A program made the translations under genes and the position numbers. From Candidatus Poribacteria bacterium (GTDB lineage: Bacteria; Poribacteria; WGA-4E; PCPOR2b): 64,000 bases of DNA. The stretch is taken from assembly GCA_965208675.1 (NCBI GenBank), contig OZ242351.1, forward strand, positions 128,001 through 192,000, given 5' to 3'. Under the pieces are notes generated by a model that saw only the letters and a list, made by a program, of their open reading frames with translations, ran no database searches and was not told where the DNA came from. Positions 10,978 to 21,437 of this stretch are shown in pieces. How positions within the stretch are numbered: the stretch's first letter is position 1; the number at the start of each line of letters is the position of its first letter.

Positions 10978-12228
10978 TTAATTGCCGTGATTCGCGGAAT
11001 CTATGATTTGCCCGCAACGGACGGCTTCGTTATAAACCTCTTGAAGCGGAATGTGATACTGCTCCGCGAGGCGTTTACAATCTTCGTATTCGGGTATACT
11101 TTTGAGTAGCTTGTCTCCCAAATACCCGTGTTTCACTCGAATGATACCCCATCGCGTCTTGACTTTGGTGAAATTGCGGGACAGTTTATATCTTTGAACG
11201 GTCGAACATCTGACGCCAAATGTTGTTGTTTCCGTGAGTAGCGATTCCATCATCGCCTCCCGGAGCGTGACATTTGCGAGCACACTCAGTTTCGTCGCCG
11301 GCCGCCCTTTCTTCATGAAGATTGGTGTCAGGAAAACGTCAAGCGCCCCTTGATTAAAAAGTTTCTCCGTGACGTAGGCCGTAATCTCCGGCGAAACGTC
11401 ATCAAGGTTCGTTTCGATGAGACAGACTTGATCGTGCTCGAAGCCGCTCCTCTTTTCACCGGTAACCATACGTAGGAGGTTCGGTTGTTCCTCAAGGTCG
11501 CGCGTTCCTGCACCGTACCCGATTCGACCTATAACCATTTCTGGCATAGGTCCAAATCCACTTCCGAGCGTTGTTACGATTGCTGCGCCCGTGGGTGTTA
11601 CGAGCTCCTGCCGGATTTCGGTGTGACGTACCGGGACGCCCTGCAGCAGTTCTAGCGTCCCCGGCGCCGGGACGGGCATCAGCCCATGATCACAGCGGAC
11701 AAACCCGCTTCCCAGCGATAATGGAGATGCATAAATCTCCTCAATTCCCAGAAGGTGAAGTCCAATCACGACGCCGGTGATGTCTACTATTGAATCAACA
11801 CCGCTCACCTCGTGCAGGCGAACCCTTTCTTTTGGCGTATTGTGGATTTTTGCCTCTGCTTCTGCGAGCCGATCGAAAATCCGTTTCGCACGCGAAACTA
11901 GTGATTTCCCAAGAGTGCTGTTGTCAAGGATAGCTAGAACGTCTGAAAGGCATCGACTCGGCTGATGGGTGTGTGCTTGGTGATGGGCGCCGCCATGAGG
12001 ATTCTTGGAACATGTTGCCGCTGATTTTAATTCGGTTGTTTCCACGATGGCTCGTGTCCCGGTAATGCCATGTTTAGTCGACTTTTCGAAATGCAAGGCG
12101 AATTCGTCAATTTTTAATTTAGCCAACTCCGCCTTCAGTGCGTCTGGGTGGACGCCCGCATCAACCAACGCACCTAGCGCCATATCACCGCTGATGCCCG
12201 AGAAGCAATCAAAATATGCGATTTTCAA
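10978..12228 (-). CDS. larC: Nickel insertion protein LarC (pincer cofactor biosynthesis)
   Basis: YFDCFSGISGDM, His-rich insert, PVPAPGT, TPTGAA, GYGAG, ETNLDD and PEYEDC motifs. Confidence 0.93.
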   Translation of the reverse strand: MKIAYFDCFSGISGDMALGALVDAGVHPDALKAELAKLKIDEFALHFEKSTKHGITGTRAIVETTELKSAATCSKNPHGGAHHQAHTHQPSRCLSDVLAILDNSTLGKSLVSRAKRIFDRLAEAEAKIHNTPKERVRLHEVSGVDSIVDITGVVIGLHLLGIEEIYASPLSLGSGFVRCDHGLMPVPAPGTLELLQGVPVRHTEIRQELVTPTGAAIVTTLGSGFGPMPEMVIGRIGYGAGTRDLEEQPNLLRMVTGEKRSGFEHDQVCLIETNLDDVSPEITAYVTEKLFNQGALDVFLTPIFMKKGRPATKLSVLANVTLREAMMESLLTETTTFGVRCSTVQRYKLSRNFTKVKTRWGIIRVKHGYLGDKLLKSIPEYEDCKRLAEQYHIPLQEVYNEAVRCGQIIDSANHGN

Positions 12229-12679
12229 TTGATTCTCCTTTCGGTTTGTTTCCTTCCAATGAGTAATGTACCATCAATACGTAGGAAGATTTTCATTCTC
12301 GCTTTCCGCCGGTCAGGTTCTTGGCGTTCGCATGTTGCCGTCTGGCACGCTAGGAGCGCGGTACTCCTAATATACTGGTAGTGGGGCGGTGAATCAAATT
12401 GGACTACAACCAAGAAAAAAAACAGCGCAATGGAACTAGTTCGCTTCAATCTGGTAAATTTTATAATGGATTACGTTCCGTCTCCTACAGCGGGACCATC
12501 TCTATTGTACCAGATTCATTATACTGCTTCAACACGAATGAAAGTGACACATTGCATTGAGCGATGTATTATCTATTCGAAAACGAGGAAGCCTCAATAA
12601 TACCGTGATTCATGTTTTAGCAGGTAAAATTATCGCGCATCTGCTATAATTACGATAGTTCAATTCCCGGAGGAGAGTT

Positions 12680-13000
12680 ATGCAAACTTATGCTGTCATC
12701 TTCACCTTTGTGCCGAATGCTATGGAACGGCGAAAACCCTATCGTGAGGCGCATCTGAAACACTTTAATGAACTTAGAGACGCTGGCAAAATTATTATGG
12801 CCGGTCCGTGGGCGGACACATATGATGGAGGACTTATTTTATTCCGGGCGGAATCTCAGACGGAAGTAGAGGCGATAATTCAGGACGACCCCTACTATCA
12901 AGCTGATCTTTGGCCTGAGATACATATTCGTGAGTGGAACGTGGTTTTATCGTCGCAATCGGCGTTTTTGGATGCAATAGCCCTGCCTTATCAGGTATGA
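12680..13000 (+). CDS. YciI family protein
   Basis: R..HL...MAGP...GGL...DPY pattern; GGAGG SD. Confidence 0.85.
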   Translation: MQTYAVIFTFVPNAMERRKPYREAHLKHFNELRDAGKIIMAGPWADTYDGGLILFRAESQTEVEAIIQDDPYYQADLWPEIHIREWNVVLSSQSAFLDAIALPYQV

Positions 13001-13064
13001 ACATCTACGCTACGCAGGCAAAGCATAAGAGCAGGCGAAAATTGAACATTTTCAGAGAGTAGGC

Positions 13065-14108
13065 ATGAAAGCAGTTGTATTTCACGCACGTAACCAGCCC
13101 CTGCTATTGGAAGAAATAGAGTCGACTATTCCTGGACCTGATGAGGTGCTTGTGCAGGTTATGGCGTGCGGTGCTGACATAACAGACTGGAAGATACTTG
13201 ATGGGTTTGCTTACATACCGAAACTGCCAATTGTGCTTGGCCACGAGACAGCAGGAGTTGTGGCAGAAGTCGGAAGCGAGGTGACAGGTTTCAAGCCCGG
13301 TGACCGTGTTGCGGTCTACAACTATTTCTATTGCGGCAAATGTTCATATTGCCGTGCCCGCCGGGAGCAGCTCTGCTTGAACATGGCTGGGCTCTTAGGA
13401 ATACTAGAGCGAGACGGCGGTTACGCGGAGTACACCACGGTGCCCGCCCGGCAACTTGTCCGCGTTCCAGAAAACGTTGCGTGGCATGATGCTGCGGTGT
13501 GCTGTGATGCGGGCATCACTGCAGTTCATGCAGTTGATAGGAGCGGAGTGAAACTGGGCGAAACTGTACTTGTCATCGGCGTTGGGGGTGTGGGCGCAGT
13601 AGTAACGCAGCTCTGCAAGCTTGCAGGTGCTCGTGTCGTGACCGTTGATCAGTCCGAGTTGAAAGTGCAGCGCGGCCGCGAAATGGGCGCCGATATTGCG
13701 GTCAACTCGCGTGAGGTAGACATCACTGAAGCCGTCCTTGACCTCACAGCAGGAAAAGGCGCAGACTGTGTAATGGACGTTGTCGGGGTTAAGGAGACCG
13801 TAACCTACGGAATGGATTCACTGCGGCCCGGCGGGCGGTTCGTACTTGTCGGATATACCGAGGAACGATACCCGCTGAAAGGGGAACAGCTTGACCAAAA
13901 CGAACTGACCATTATTGGCACTCGGGGCGGCCGGATGCTAGACCTAATCACTACCGTTCAACTGGTAGCCGCGGGCAAGATAAAGTCCATCGTCGCCGAT
14001 TTTTTCCCCCTAGAAAAAGCCAACGACGCCCTTGCCTTCTTGCGGGCTGGACAGGCGCTGGGCAGAGTTGTGTTACTAACACCAGCCGGCAGAAAGGCGG
14101 TTCGATGA
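13065..14108 (+). CDS. Zinc-dependent medium-chain alcohol dehydrogenase
   Basis: GHE motif, structural Zn CGKCSYC-x7-C, GVGGVG NAD-binding motif. Confidence 0.9.
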   Translation: MKAVVFHARNQPLLLEEIESTIPGPDEVLVQVMACGADITDWKILDGFAYIPKLPIVLGHETAGVVAEVGSEVTGFKPGDRVAVYNYFYCGKCSYCRARREQLCLNMAGLLGILERDGGYAEYTTVPARQLVRVPENVAWHDAAVCCDAGITAVHAVDRSGVKLGETVLVIGVGGVGAVVTQLCKLAGARVVTVDQSELKVQRGREMGADIAVNSREVDITEAVLDLTAGKGADCVMDVVGVKETVTYGMDSLRPGGRFVLVGYTEERYPLKGEQLDQNELTIIGTRGGRMLDLITTVQLVAAGKIKSIVADFFPLEKANDALAFLRAGQALGRVVLLTPAGRKAVR

Positions 14109-14366
14109 CGCTCTACCGTACCGCCAATGGCATAAGAATTGACGAATCGCTCGTAATTGAAAATTTCTACACTACTCATCCATGCGTTAAATTGCCTCTT
14201 TCGGCTGCCAATTCGTCAATCACCACCTCCATTTCTGTCAATGTACAGAATCTAAACTCACACACATAGATTATCACCAATTCTGTGTGTCAAATTCGAT
14301 CCTTTTCCCCTATCCTTTCGAAAGTAAGGTTCAATTTCAACGTCGTATAAAGGGAGATAACAAAAA

Positions 14367-15284
14367 ATGGATAAACTAATCATCACTATCACCTCTGACT
14401 CAACGATGTGCTGGCCGCGCAATCCCTATTGCCCCAAGCCGTCAGATACCAAGGGCGTTGCGCAGGAATACATTCGGTCGGTCGACGCCGGGGCTGCTAT
14501 CGCCCACACGCACGGATCATACGAGATTGATACCGAGATACAGCCCGACGGACGCCAGTTGCAAGTTCCAATCATGGACGGTTGGCGGGACATTACCGAT
14601 AGAATACGGGCTTCAGGCAACCCGATTTTACAGTTTGGGCTGGCTAGTATTCGGTTAGAGCAAAAGGTCGAGATGTGGAAAGAATTTCGCCCCGAGATGA
14701 CTTCCATTAATTTTAACTCTCATGACGAATTTTTTCAGCCCGACCCTGAATATCCGCCGATTGCCTGCTACTCCGTTCACCCAATTAACGAATTGCGGGA
14801 ATACGCCCGATTGGCTAATAAATATAATGTCAAACTAGAAGTTGAGTGCTTTAGCCCCGGGGGTTACTGGGCTGTCAGCAAGATTCGTGAGGGTAAGTTT
14901 TTCAATGACGACGGTACCTACCAGGAAGAGATGGGACTTTTGCCAGATCCGCTTTGGATCGAACTACTGTTTGGATGGACTGGGCAGGGATGGATGCCGC
15001 CAACAGCGCGTGCGCTCAACTTCATGGTAGACCACTTACCACCTCGTGCAAATTACCATGTGAGTTGTTTGGATCCGGACGCATACTGGCGCTTGATAAC
15101 ACATGCCATTGCACTCGGCGGCCACGTACGTATCGGTTTCGAGGACTGTCCCTTCATCGAACCGGGCACGTATGCGAAGAGCAACGCTCAACTCGTGGAA
15201 AAAGCGGTCAAAATCGCGAGATCCATGGGGCGAGAAATAGCATCACCTGACGAGGCGCGGGCAATTATAGGCCTGAACAACTAA
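14367..15284 (+). CDS. Beta-keto acid cleavage enzyme (BKACE/DUF849) family
   Basis: AGAAIAHTH (HxH), GGHVRIGFED, SNAQLVE and ASPDEARAI motifs. Confidence 0.88.
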   Translation: MDKLIITITSDSTMCWPRNPYCPKPSDTKGVAQEYIRSVDAGAAIAHTHGSYEIDTEIQPDGRQLQVPIMDGWRDITDRIRASGNPILQFGLASIRLEQKVEMWKEFRPEMTSINFNSHDEFFQPDPEYPPIACYSVHPINELREYARLANKYNVKLEVECFSPGGYWAVSKIREGKFFNDDGTYQEEMGLLPDPLWIELLFGWTGQGWMPPTARALNFMVDHLPPRANYHVSCLDPDAYWRLITHAIALGGHVRIGFEDCPFIEPGTYAKSNAQLVEKAVKIARSMGREIASPDEARAIIGLNN

Positions 15285-15398
15285 GCTTAAACGGCAGTAA
15301 ATGTTCAGGTTCATTTAGACAGATGGTGCAATTAGAATTTGGAAAATCCATTTGAATTCATGGTATTGCTATTGATGCGTTGACAGTCTGTAAGTATG

Positions 15399-16328
15399 TT
15401 ATGCGCTCGAACCGGTATGCGATTCTTCCAACACCTCCCGCAAAAATCCCTTGTGCCGTTCCAATTGGGCAATGGCATCATCTAAATCAACCCCTTTTAC
15501 TAACATGACAATTGCAACCTTCGCGTTGCCTTCGGCGTGGTCTAAAGCCAATCTCGCCGTTGCGTAATCCGTACTCGTAATTTCCATGATGATGCGTGTG
15601 CCTCGATCTATCATCTTTGCGTTGGATGCTTGAACGTCGACCATGAAGTTGTTGTAAACCTTACCTATTTTAATCATTGAAATGGTAGTCAGCATGTTCA
15701 GAACGAGCTTCGTCGCCGTACCGGCCTTCATGCGGGTTGAACCTGCGACAATTTCTGGTCCTACAATCGGGGTAATGAATACGTCCACAAACGTCGTTAT
15801 GCCGCCCGTTGGCGGGACACAACTGAGGAAGATGGTCTTTGCTCCGATTTGATGTGCCTCCATTAGTGCGCCAATCACGTAGGGAGTGCGCCCACTGCTG
15901 GCGATGCCCACAACTGCATCTCGATGTGTAACGCCGTGTTCGCGGATTGCGCACACACCCGCGTCAGGATTGTCTTCCGCCCCTTCCACGGACTGCCGCA
16001 GTGCACTATCCCCGCCCGCGATGATACCATGCACCATACCTGGATCAGTGCTGAAGGTCGGTGGACATTCAGAGGCATCAAGGACACCGAGCCTGCCGCT
16101 TGTCCCGGCTCCAATGTAAATCAGTCTGCCGCCGCCACGAAACACGGTTGTAATCAACTCCGCGCCTTCCACGATTGACGGCGAAGCGGATTCAACAGCA
16201 GCGAATACATTTCGATTTTCATCATTGAAGATCTGTACGATTTCATCGGTCGTTTTGAAATCTATATCAATTGAACTTGAATTTCGTGCTTCGGTGATGA
16301 GTTTAGACAGATTTTCTGGCATATTCAT
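15399..16328 (-). CDS. murQ: N-acetylmuramic acid 6-phosphate etherase
   Basis: GAGTSGRLGVLDASECPPTF and GSTRMKAGTATK motifs. Confidence 0.96.
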   Translation of the reverse strand: MNMPENLSKLITEARNSSSIDIDFKTTDEIVQIFNDENRNVFAAVESASPSIVEGAELITTVFRGGGRLIYIGAGTSGRLGVLDASECPPTFSTDPGMVHGIIAGGDSALRQSVEGAEDNPDAGVCAIREHGVTHRDAVVGIASSGRTPYVIGALMEAHQIGAKTIFLSCVPPTGGITTFVDVFITPIVGPEIVAGSTRMKAGTATKLVLNMLTTISMIKIGKVYNNFMVDVQASNAKMIDRGTRIIMEITSTDYATARLALDHAEGNAKVAIVMLVKGVDLDDAIAQLERHKGFLREVLEESHTGSSA

Positions 16329-16331
16329 TTA

Positions 16332-17255
16332 TCATGGCGTAACAGGCGGAAATTGAGACATTGCCAACAGGACAGCGCCATAAGCCGGCTCGTGTTTTGC
16401 CAAGTCAATCCGTGCATTCGGTGCAATAGGTTGTAAACGCTCGCGCAATAGACTTACAAACCCCGGATGATGCGTCAAATTTCCCCCGCTGAGAATGATG
16501 TTGGCCGGATGCTCTGGTCCTAATTCGGTAATAACCGCTTGGGCGGCGAGCACAAGCTCATCGGCAGCGTGTTGAATAATTCGTCGGGCGACCAAATCGC
16601 CGTCATTCATCGCAACAAAAACCAAATTCGCAAGTGTGGAAACGCAATCTATGCTCGCACCGTGAACCCAACGAATGAGATCGCCCGGTATTTGCAGTCC
16701 AATTTCGCTTAGCATCATATCCGTCAGTTGTGTACCTGAGCTTCGTCCATCCGATGCCCGGGCGATCGCGCGTAGGCCGGAAACTGCGATGCCGTAGCCG
16801 CTCCCCTCATCGCCAAGCAGATGTCCCCACCCGCCGGAGCGCACCTCCATGCCGTCGGAGTTTATCCCGTAGACAATCGACCCCGTCCCCGAAACTATAA
16901 TCACACCTTCTAGTTTCCCTGTGCCGCCGACTAGTGCAATTTGAGCGTCATGTGTCAGAATACAGTTTCTTCGAAAACCAATTTCGCGGCAGATTTGCCC
17001 TATTACTTGCTGATCAGCTCGGCAACCAAGTCCTGCCATGCCGAAACACGAACCGATACAGTCCTCAAGCGTAAAATTTGTCTGTAAAAGCAATTGTGAG
17101 ACGAGGTCTTCCAGAACTTTTTTCGTTTGCGTTTGCCCGGCAGTGTGATAGTTGGACGCACCAACTTCAACTCTTGCGTGAAGTTGTCCTGTTTCGTCCG
17201 CTAGAATCCCAACCGTTTTCGTGCCGCCGCCATCAATACCAATAACAAAACTCAC
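16332..17255 (-). CDS. BadF/BadG/BcrA/BcrD-type N-acetylglucosamine/MurNAc kinase
   Basis: GIDGGGTKT, SGTGS and GGWGHLLGDEGSG motifs; directly upstream of murQ. Confidence 0.9.
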   Translation of the reverse strand: MSFVIGIDGGGTKTVGILADETGQLHARVEVGASNYHTAGQTQTKKVLEDLVSQLLLQTNFTLEDCIGSCFGMAGLGCRADQQVIGQICREIGFRRNCILTHDAQIALVGGTGKLEGVIIVSGTGSIVYGINSDGMEVRSGGWGHLLGDEGSGYGIAVSGLRAIARASDGRSSGTQLTDMMLSEIGLQIPGDLIRWVHGASIDCVSTLANLVFVAMNDGDLVARRIIQHAADELVLAAQAVITELGPEHPANIILSGGNLTHHPGFVSLLRERLQPIAPNARIDLAKHEPAYGAVLLAMSQFPPVTP

Positions 17256-17381
17256 TCATGTCTCCGCGTGGAAGCGATATCATTTACATCAATCGCCATC
17301 ACCAATGATACCCGAAAATATAGGACAATTTATCGTAGTTCAGGTAGAATTGTCAAGTGCTTAATGAACCACAAAGCGTAC

Positions 17382-17410
17382 TTGACAAATTCGGCAACTT
17401 TCGGTATCCT
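17382..17410 (+). promoter_or_regulatory. Sigma70-like promoter for the SMP-30 gene, back-to-back with a reverse TTGACA for the kinase-murQ operon
   Basis: TTGACA-17nt-TATCCT; an inverted TGTCAA near 17351 gives a divergent -35. Confidence 0.55.
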
Positions 17411-17551
17411 TGAGTCGATATTTTGTTTCTCATCCCCGGCGGATAACTAACCCCTATACATGCGGCGCGAGGCATGACACAAAGGATAGTGGAAGGACGA
17501 ATCCTTTATGATAAGACCGTACGTCATAATTAAATCGAGTGGAGGTTAAGC

Positions 17552-18409
17552 ATGACACCAGAACTAATCGCCGACTACGAATGCGTGATAGGTGAAGGCC
17601 CCTTGTGGCATCCTGGCGAAAAGTGTGTATATTGGACTGATATTCCTATGGGACGGATGTTCCGTTACAATCCATCCACAGGTGCCCATGAACAGTTTTA
17701 CGACGGTGAAGTAGTGGGTGGATTCACAATTCAGGAAGACGGTTCCCTGCTGCTTTTCATGGCAAAGGGTGCTATTGCCATCTGGCGGGACGGGCGTCTC
17801 GAGTATGTGTACGAAGAAATCCCGAATGAACGCGAAACACGCTTCAACGACGTAATTGCCGATCCGGCCGGTCGTGTCTTTTGCGGAACTATGTCGACGG
17901 CGGACCGGCCCGCTCGCCTATTCCGCCTCGACGTTGGTACTCAGTTAACCGAGTTGTTGGATGATGTCGATATCTCGAACGGCATGGGATTTACACCTGA
18001 CCGAAAGCAGATGTATTACACTGATTCGCCGACTCGCGAAATTTACCTATTCGACTACAATCAAGATACGGGCGGCATCACAAACAAGCGGGTATTCGTC
18101 CGGACGCCCGAAGGCGAGGGCGTGCCTGATGGAATGACCGTGGATGCGGAGGGCTATGTTTGGTCTGCACGCTGGGATGGGAGTTGCCTCGTCCGCTACT
18201 CGCCTGACGGCCGGGAGGACCGCCGCATCGAATTTCCGGCAAAGAAAGTGTCCAGCGTAATATTCGGCGGCGAAGATTATACGGACATGTATGTCACAAC
18301 GGCGGGAGGAGACAACAAAGTGGACGAGGGTTACGGCGCTGGTGCGCTGTTTCGAATTAACCTGGGCATCCGAGGAGTGCCAGAATTCCTGTCCCGAATA
18401 TGTCCCTAA
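17552..18409 (+). CDS. SMP-30/gluconolactonase family protein
   Basis: GEGPLW, RFND, SNGMGF and PDGMTVD motifs. Confidence 0.93.
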   Translation: MTPELIADYECVIGEGPLWHPGEKCVYWTDIPMGRMFRYNPSTGAHEQFYDGEVVGGFTIQEDGSLLLFMAKGAIAIWRDGRLEYVYEEIPNERETRFNDVIADPAGRVFCGTMSTADRPARLFRLDVGTQLTELLDDVDISNGMGFTPDRKQMYYTDSPTREIYLFDYNQDTGGITNKRVFVRTPEGEGVPDGMTVDAEGYVWSARWDGSCLVRYSPDGREDRRIEFPAKKVSSVIFGGEDYTDMYVTTAGGDNKVDEGYGAGALFRINLGIRGVPEFLSRICP

Positions 18410-18569
18410 TGAGATGATCGCTTGATGACAGTTATGTCCAAAATCGTAGTACGATTGTCAGATTAACGCGAATCGTTTTTGCTGCGTCGAACCACACACC
18501 GTCTCAGGTAATCGGTTGATATGCGGGTTCCTGTCACCGTATGCTTATGCGAACAAATATTGGTCTTTA

Positions 18570-19391
18570 TTACCGTCTTGCAGCATGAACTTCTAACCGA
18601 TTTTCGCCCCATAGGGCGAATTCGCGCTTAATTGTCTGCTCAAGGTGCAGCATGATTTCTGGCGAGGCACGCTCAAGTATTCGCATCGAATAGAAAGGTT
18701 GGCTGGTCCGGCGTTGAACGGATAGAAACCAATTGCGATCTTCTACCTCGGCTTCGGTCTGCGCCCTGCGTCCTACATTGATTGCGAACATACGCCTGTA
18801 TGTATTTCCACCAAAAGACGCGTGAAAGGTTTTGTGGTTTATTAGCACAACGTCTCCCGGCTCATTCTCCAACGCCATAGCGGGCATCTTCGTTCTGAGT
18901 TCGGGTAGGTTATCTTTATCGCTGCTCATCCGGCGTTTCGATTGTTTTCCCCATTCGTACAGACAATCGCGCAATGGTCCCAAGTGGTGGCTTCCGGGCA
19001 TCACTCTCTAGCATCCCGATTCTCGTGTCAGTGAATCCAAATACATGCCGAACTTCACGAACAAACACGCATGACGGTCACCATCCGGATGAAAATCTAC
19101 GTCGTCAGCGTAGTAATGGCCGTCGCTGCCAAGATAATTGAAATCTTCCCCTACCGATGGGTTAAGCGCGCCGAGTACCTTAGGGTGCTCTAGCAGGTCC
19201 ATCAAACGGTCGCTTTGGGCGATAAAAGGGATTAGGCCTACCGTGCGCTCACCGCACGGCTCAATGTTAAATTCAACGAAAAGCCTTGCGTGCTCTTTGC
19301 GAATGCAGTCAAGCTCATCGCGCATGTAGCCCGGTAGATGTGGGTAACCAAACGCCTCGAAAAATGTCGCTTGCGCATCTGTCAACGCCAT
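18570..19391 (-). pseudogene. PhyH-type (phytanoyl-CoA dioxygenase family) gene interrupted by an in-frame TAG
   Basis: ORFs 19008-19391 and 18570-19004 are in the same frame (ESGC*RVMPGSH); TAG at 19008-19010 sits where the paralog 19653-20486 has Leu (TGCLRVIPGSH). Confidence 0.85.
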
Positions 19392-19488
19392 AATTTACGC
19401 TTTCGGAACGAGTCCCATCTATTTCAGGAGATTTCTTTCGCCCTTGCTTCCAGCCAAATCTTTTAGCCGTAATCCGTTGTTTCCAATT

Positions 19489-19538
19489 TTACTCATTCCC
19501 AGCAATCACAACGGTGGATTTTCCGGTGGAATTACTGC
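19489..19538 (-). repeat. Relic copy of the rsmI 3' end left by tandem duplication
   Basis: ttactcattcccagcaatcacaacggtg matches the rsmI end ctactctttcccggcaatcacaacggtg at 25/28 positions; encodes TVVIAGNE* versus TVVIAGKE*. Confidence 0.8.
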
Positions 19539-19652
19539 TTGATATGTCTCGATGGCTTAGTTAACGTTCGCATTAGCCGTAAACGCTCAAGGAGCGCCTT
19601 AGCATATCATCGGCTTTTGAACTACGGACACAACACACCCCAGTTGACCACG

Positions 19653-20486
19653 TTATGCTGCCTTTTTTCGCCTATTGGCATGTACGTCCAATCGGTGTTT
19701 ACCCCAAAGCACCAACTCTCTCTCCATTGTCTGTTCAAGATGAACCATTATTGTGGGCGAGGCTTGCTCAAGCATACGCTTTGTATAGATCGGTTGCCCC
19801 GTCCGGCAGGTGAATTCGAGAAATGAGTCGAGATCTTTTAGTTCGGATTCTGTACGAGCCCGGCAGCCAACGTTGATAGCGAACATACGCCGGTAAGCGT
19901 TGCCGCCGAATGACGCATGAAAGGTGTTGTGGTTGAAGAGCACAACATCACCGGGTTCATTCTCCAGCGCCATTGATGGCATCTTCTCTCTAAGCTCCGG
20001 CAAGCTGTCACGACCGCTCGTATTCCGGCGGACCTGCACGTTTGCCCATTTGTACACCTGGTTCCGCCACGGTCCTTGAAGGTGACTACCCGGAATTACA
20101 CGAAGGCAGCCAGTGTCTTGTGTCAAGGAATCCAAATACATCCCGAATTTCAACGACATACACGAGTGGCGGTCGCTATCGGGGTGGAAATCAATCTCGT
20201 CCGCGTAGTAATGGCCGTCGCTGCCAAGATAATTGAAATCTTCCCCTACCAACGGAGTAAGTGCGCCGCGCACCTTCGGATGCTCCAGCAAAGCCGTGAA
20301 ACGGTCGCTCAGTGCGATAAATGGTATGAGATCTACTGTTCGCTCACCGTCCGGCTCAAGATCGAATTCAACGAACAGCTTAGCGTGCTCTTCGCCGATC
20401 CATTCAAGCTCATCTTGCATATATCCCGGTAGATGTAGGTATCCAAACGCCTCGAAAAATGCCACTTGCGCTTCTGTCAACGCCAT
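19653..20486 (-). CDS. PhyH-type Fe(II)/2-oxoglutarate dioxygenase
   Basis: FEAFGYL, HPD (HxD), GCLRVIPGSH, PGDVVLFN..TFH motifs. Confidence 0.88.
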   Translation of the reverse strand: MALTEAQVAFFEAFGYLHLPGYMQDELEWIGEEHAKLFVEFDLEPDGERTVDLIPFIALSDRFTALLEHPKVRGALTPLVGEDFNYLGSDGHYYADEIDFHPDSDRHSCMSLKFGMYLDSLTQDTGCLRVIPGSHLQGPWRNQVYKWANVQVRRNTSGRDSLPELREKMPSMALENEPGDVVLFNHNTFHASFGGNAYRRMFAINVGCRARTESELKDLDSFLEFTCRTGQPIYTKRMLEQASPTIMVHLEQTMERELVLWGKHRLDVHANRRKKAA

Positions 20487-20583
20487 AATTTACTCCTTCC
20501 GAACGAGTACCATCATTCTCGGAAAATTTCTGTCTCCCGTGCGTCCGGCCTAAAATTTAATCCGCAATCCACCGTGTCCGACT

Positions 20584-21291
20584 CTACTCTTTCCCGGCAA
20601 TCACAACGGTGAATTCACCGCGCGGCAATACTCCTTGAAATTTCTCAATGGCTTGGCTTACATTCCCTCGAAAAACTTCCTCAAATTTTTTCGTCAACTC
20701 CCGTGCAACGGAAATCCGCCGATTCCCGAAAAGCTCCATGACCGCTTGTAGAAATGGGATTAGGCGGTGGGGGGATTCGTAAAAAATAAGCGTTCGCCTT
20801 TCATTACTTAGCCCCTCCAAGTGTCGTTTTCGTTTGCCCGACTTCGGCGAAAGGAATCCTTCAAAGACAAAGTTATGCAGCGGAAGCCCCGCAACCGAAG
20901 CTGCTGCTATGCAAGCGGAAACTCCGGGAATCGGAACCACTGGGATTTCTGCTTCGATACACCGAACCACGAGTTGGTAGCCGGGATCCGAAACTGTCGG
21001 TGTGCCTGCATCCGAAACCAAAGCCAGATTGTCGCCGCCTTTCAGTCTTGAAATTAGTTTTTCCCCTTTCCGCAACTGATTGCCTTCAAAGAAGCTGGTG
21101 ATGGGTGTGTGAATATCGAAGTGTGCAAGAAGTTGACGGGTATGGCGCGTATCCTCAGCAGCGATTAGATTCACCTCTCTAAGCGTGCGTATGGCTCGTA
21201 GGGTGATGTCTTCCAAGTTTCCGATTGGTGTGCTTACGACGTAAAGCACGCTGTTTTTGGAGTTGGAGTTTGCGGCAGTCGACATTTTCAT
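20584..21291 (-). CDS. rsmI: 16S rRNA (cytidine1402-2'-O)-methyltransferase
   Basis: TPIGNLEDIT, AEDTR, SDAGTP..SDPG, YESPHR and RELTKKFEE motifs. Confidence 0.97.
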   Translation of the reverse strand: MKMSTAANSNSKNSVLYVVSTPIGNLEDITLRAIRTLREVNLIAAEDTRHTRQLLAHFDIHTPITSFFEGNQLRKGEKLISRLKGGDNLALVSDAGTPTVSDPGYQLVVRCIEAEIPVVPIPGVSACIAAASVAGLPLHNFVFEGFLSPKSGKRKRHLEGLSNERRTLIFYESPHRLIPFLQAVMELFGNRRISVARELTKKFEEVFRGNVSQAIEKFQGVLPRGEFTVVIAGKE

Positions 21292-21437
21292 TCCTTCGTT
21301 TGGGCATAGGGCACGGCGAAACGAAGATTCCCACGTTCATTTCTAAAGCCGGAGAAGATTTTCGAAATTTTGGTGAATCCCGATAGCCCGACATCTTGGG
21401 ATCACATTTTGCCAAAGTCTGTCAAGGTATTACGTGC

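Noticed and set aside
12225-12449. 74-aa ORF upstream of larC
   Set aside because: No motif or SD support; it lies in a divergent promoter region.
19008-19010. Pyrrolysine read-through of TAG
   Set aside because: The paralog has Leu at a non-catalytic site and there are no pyl genes in the window; a nonsense mutation or read error is simpler.
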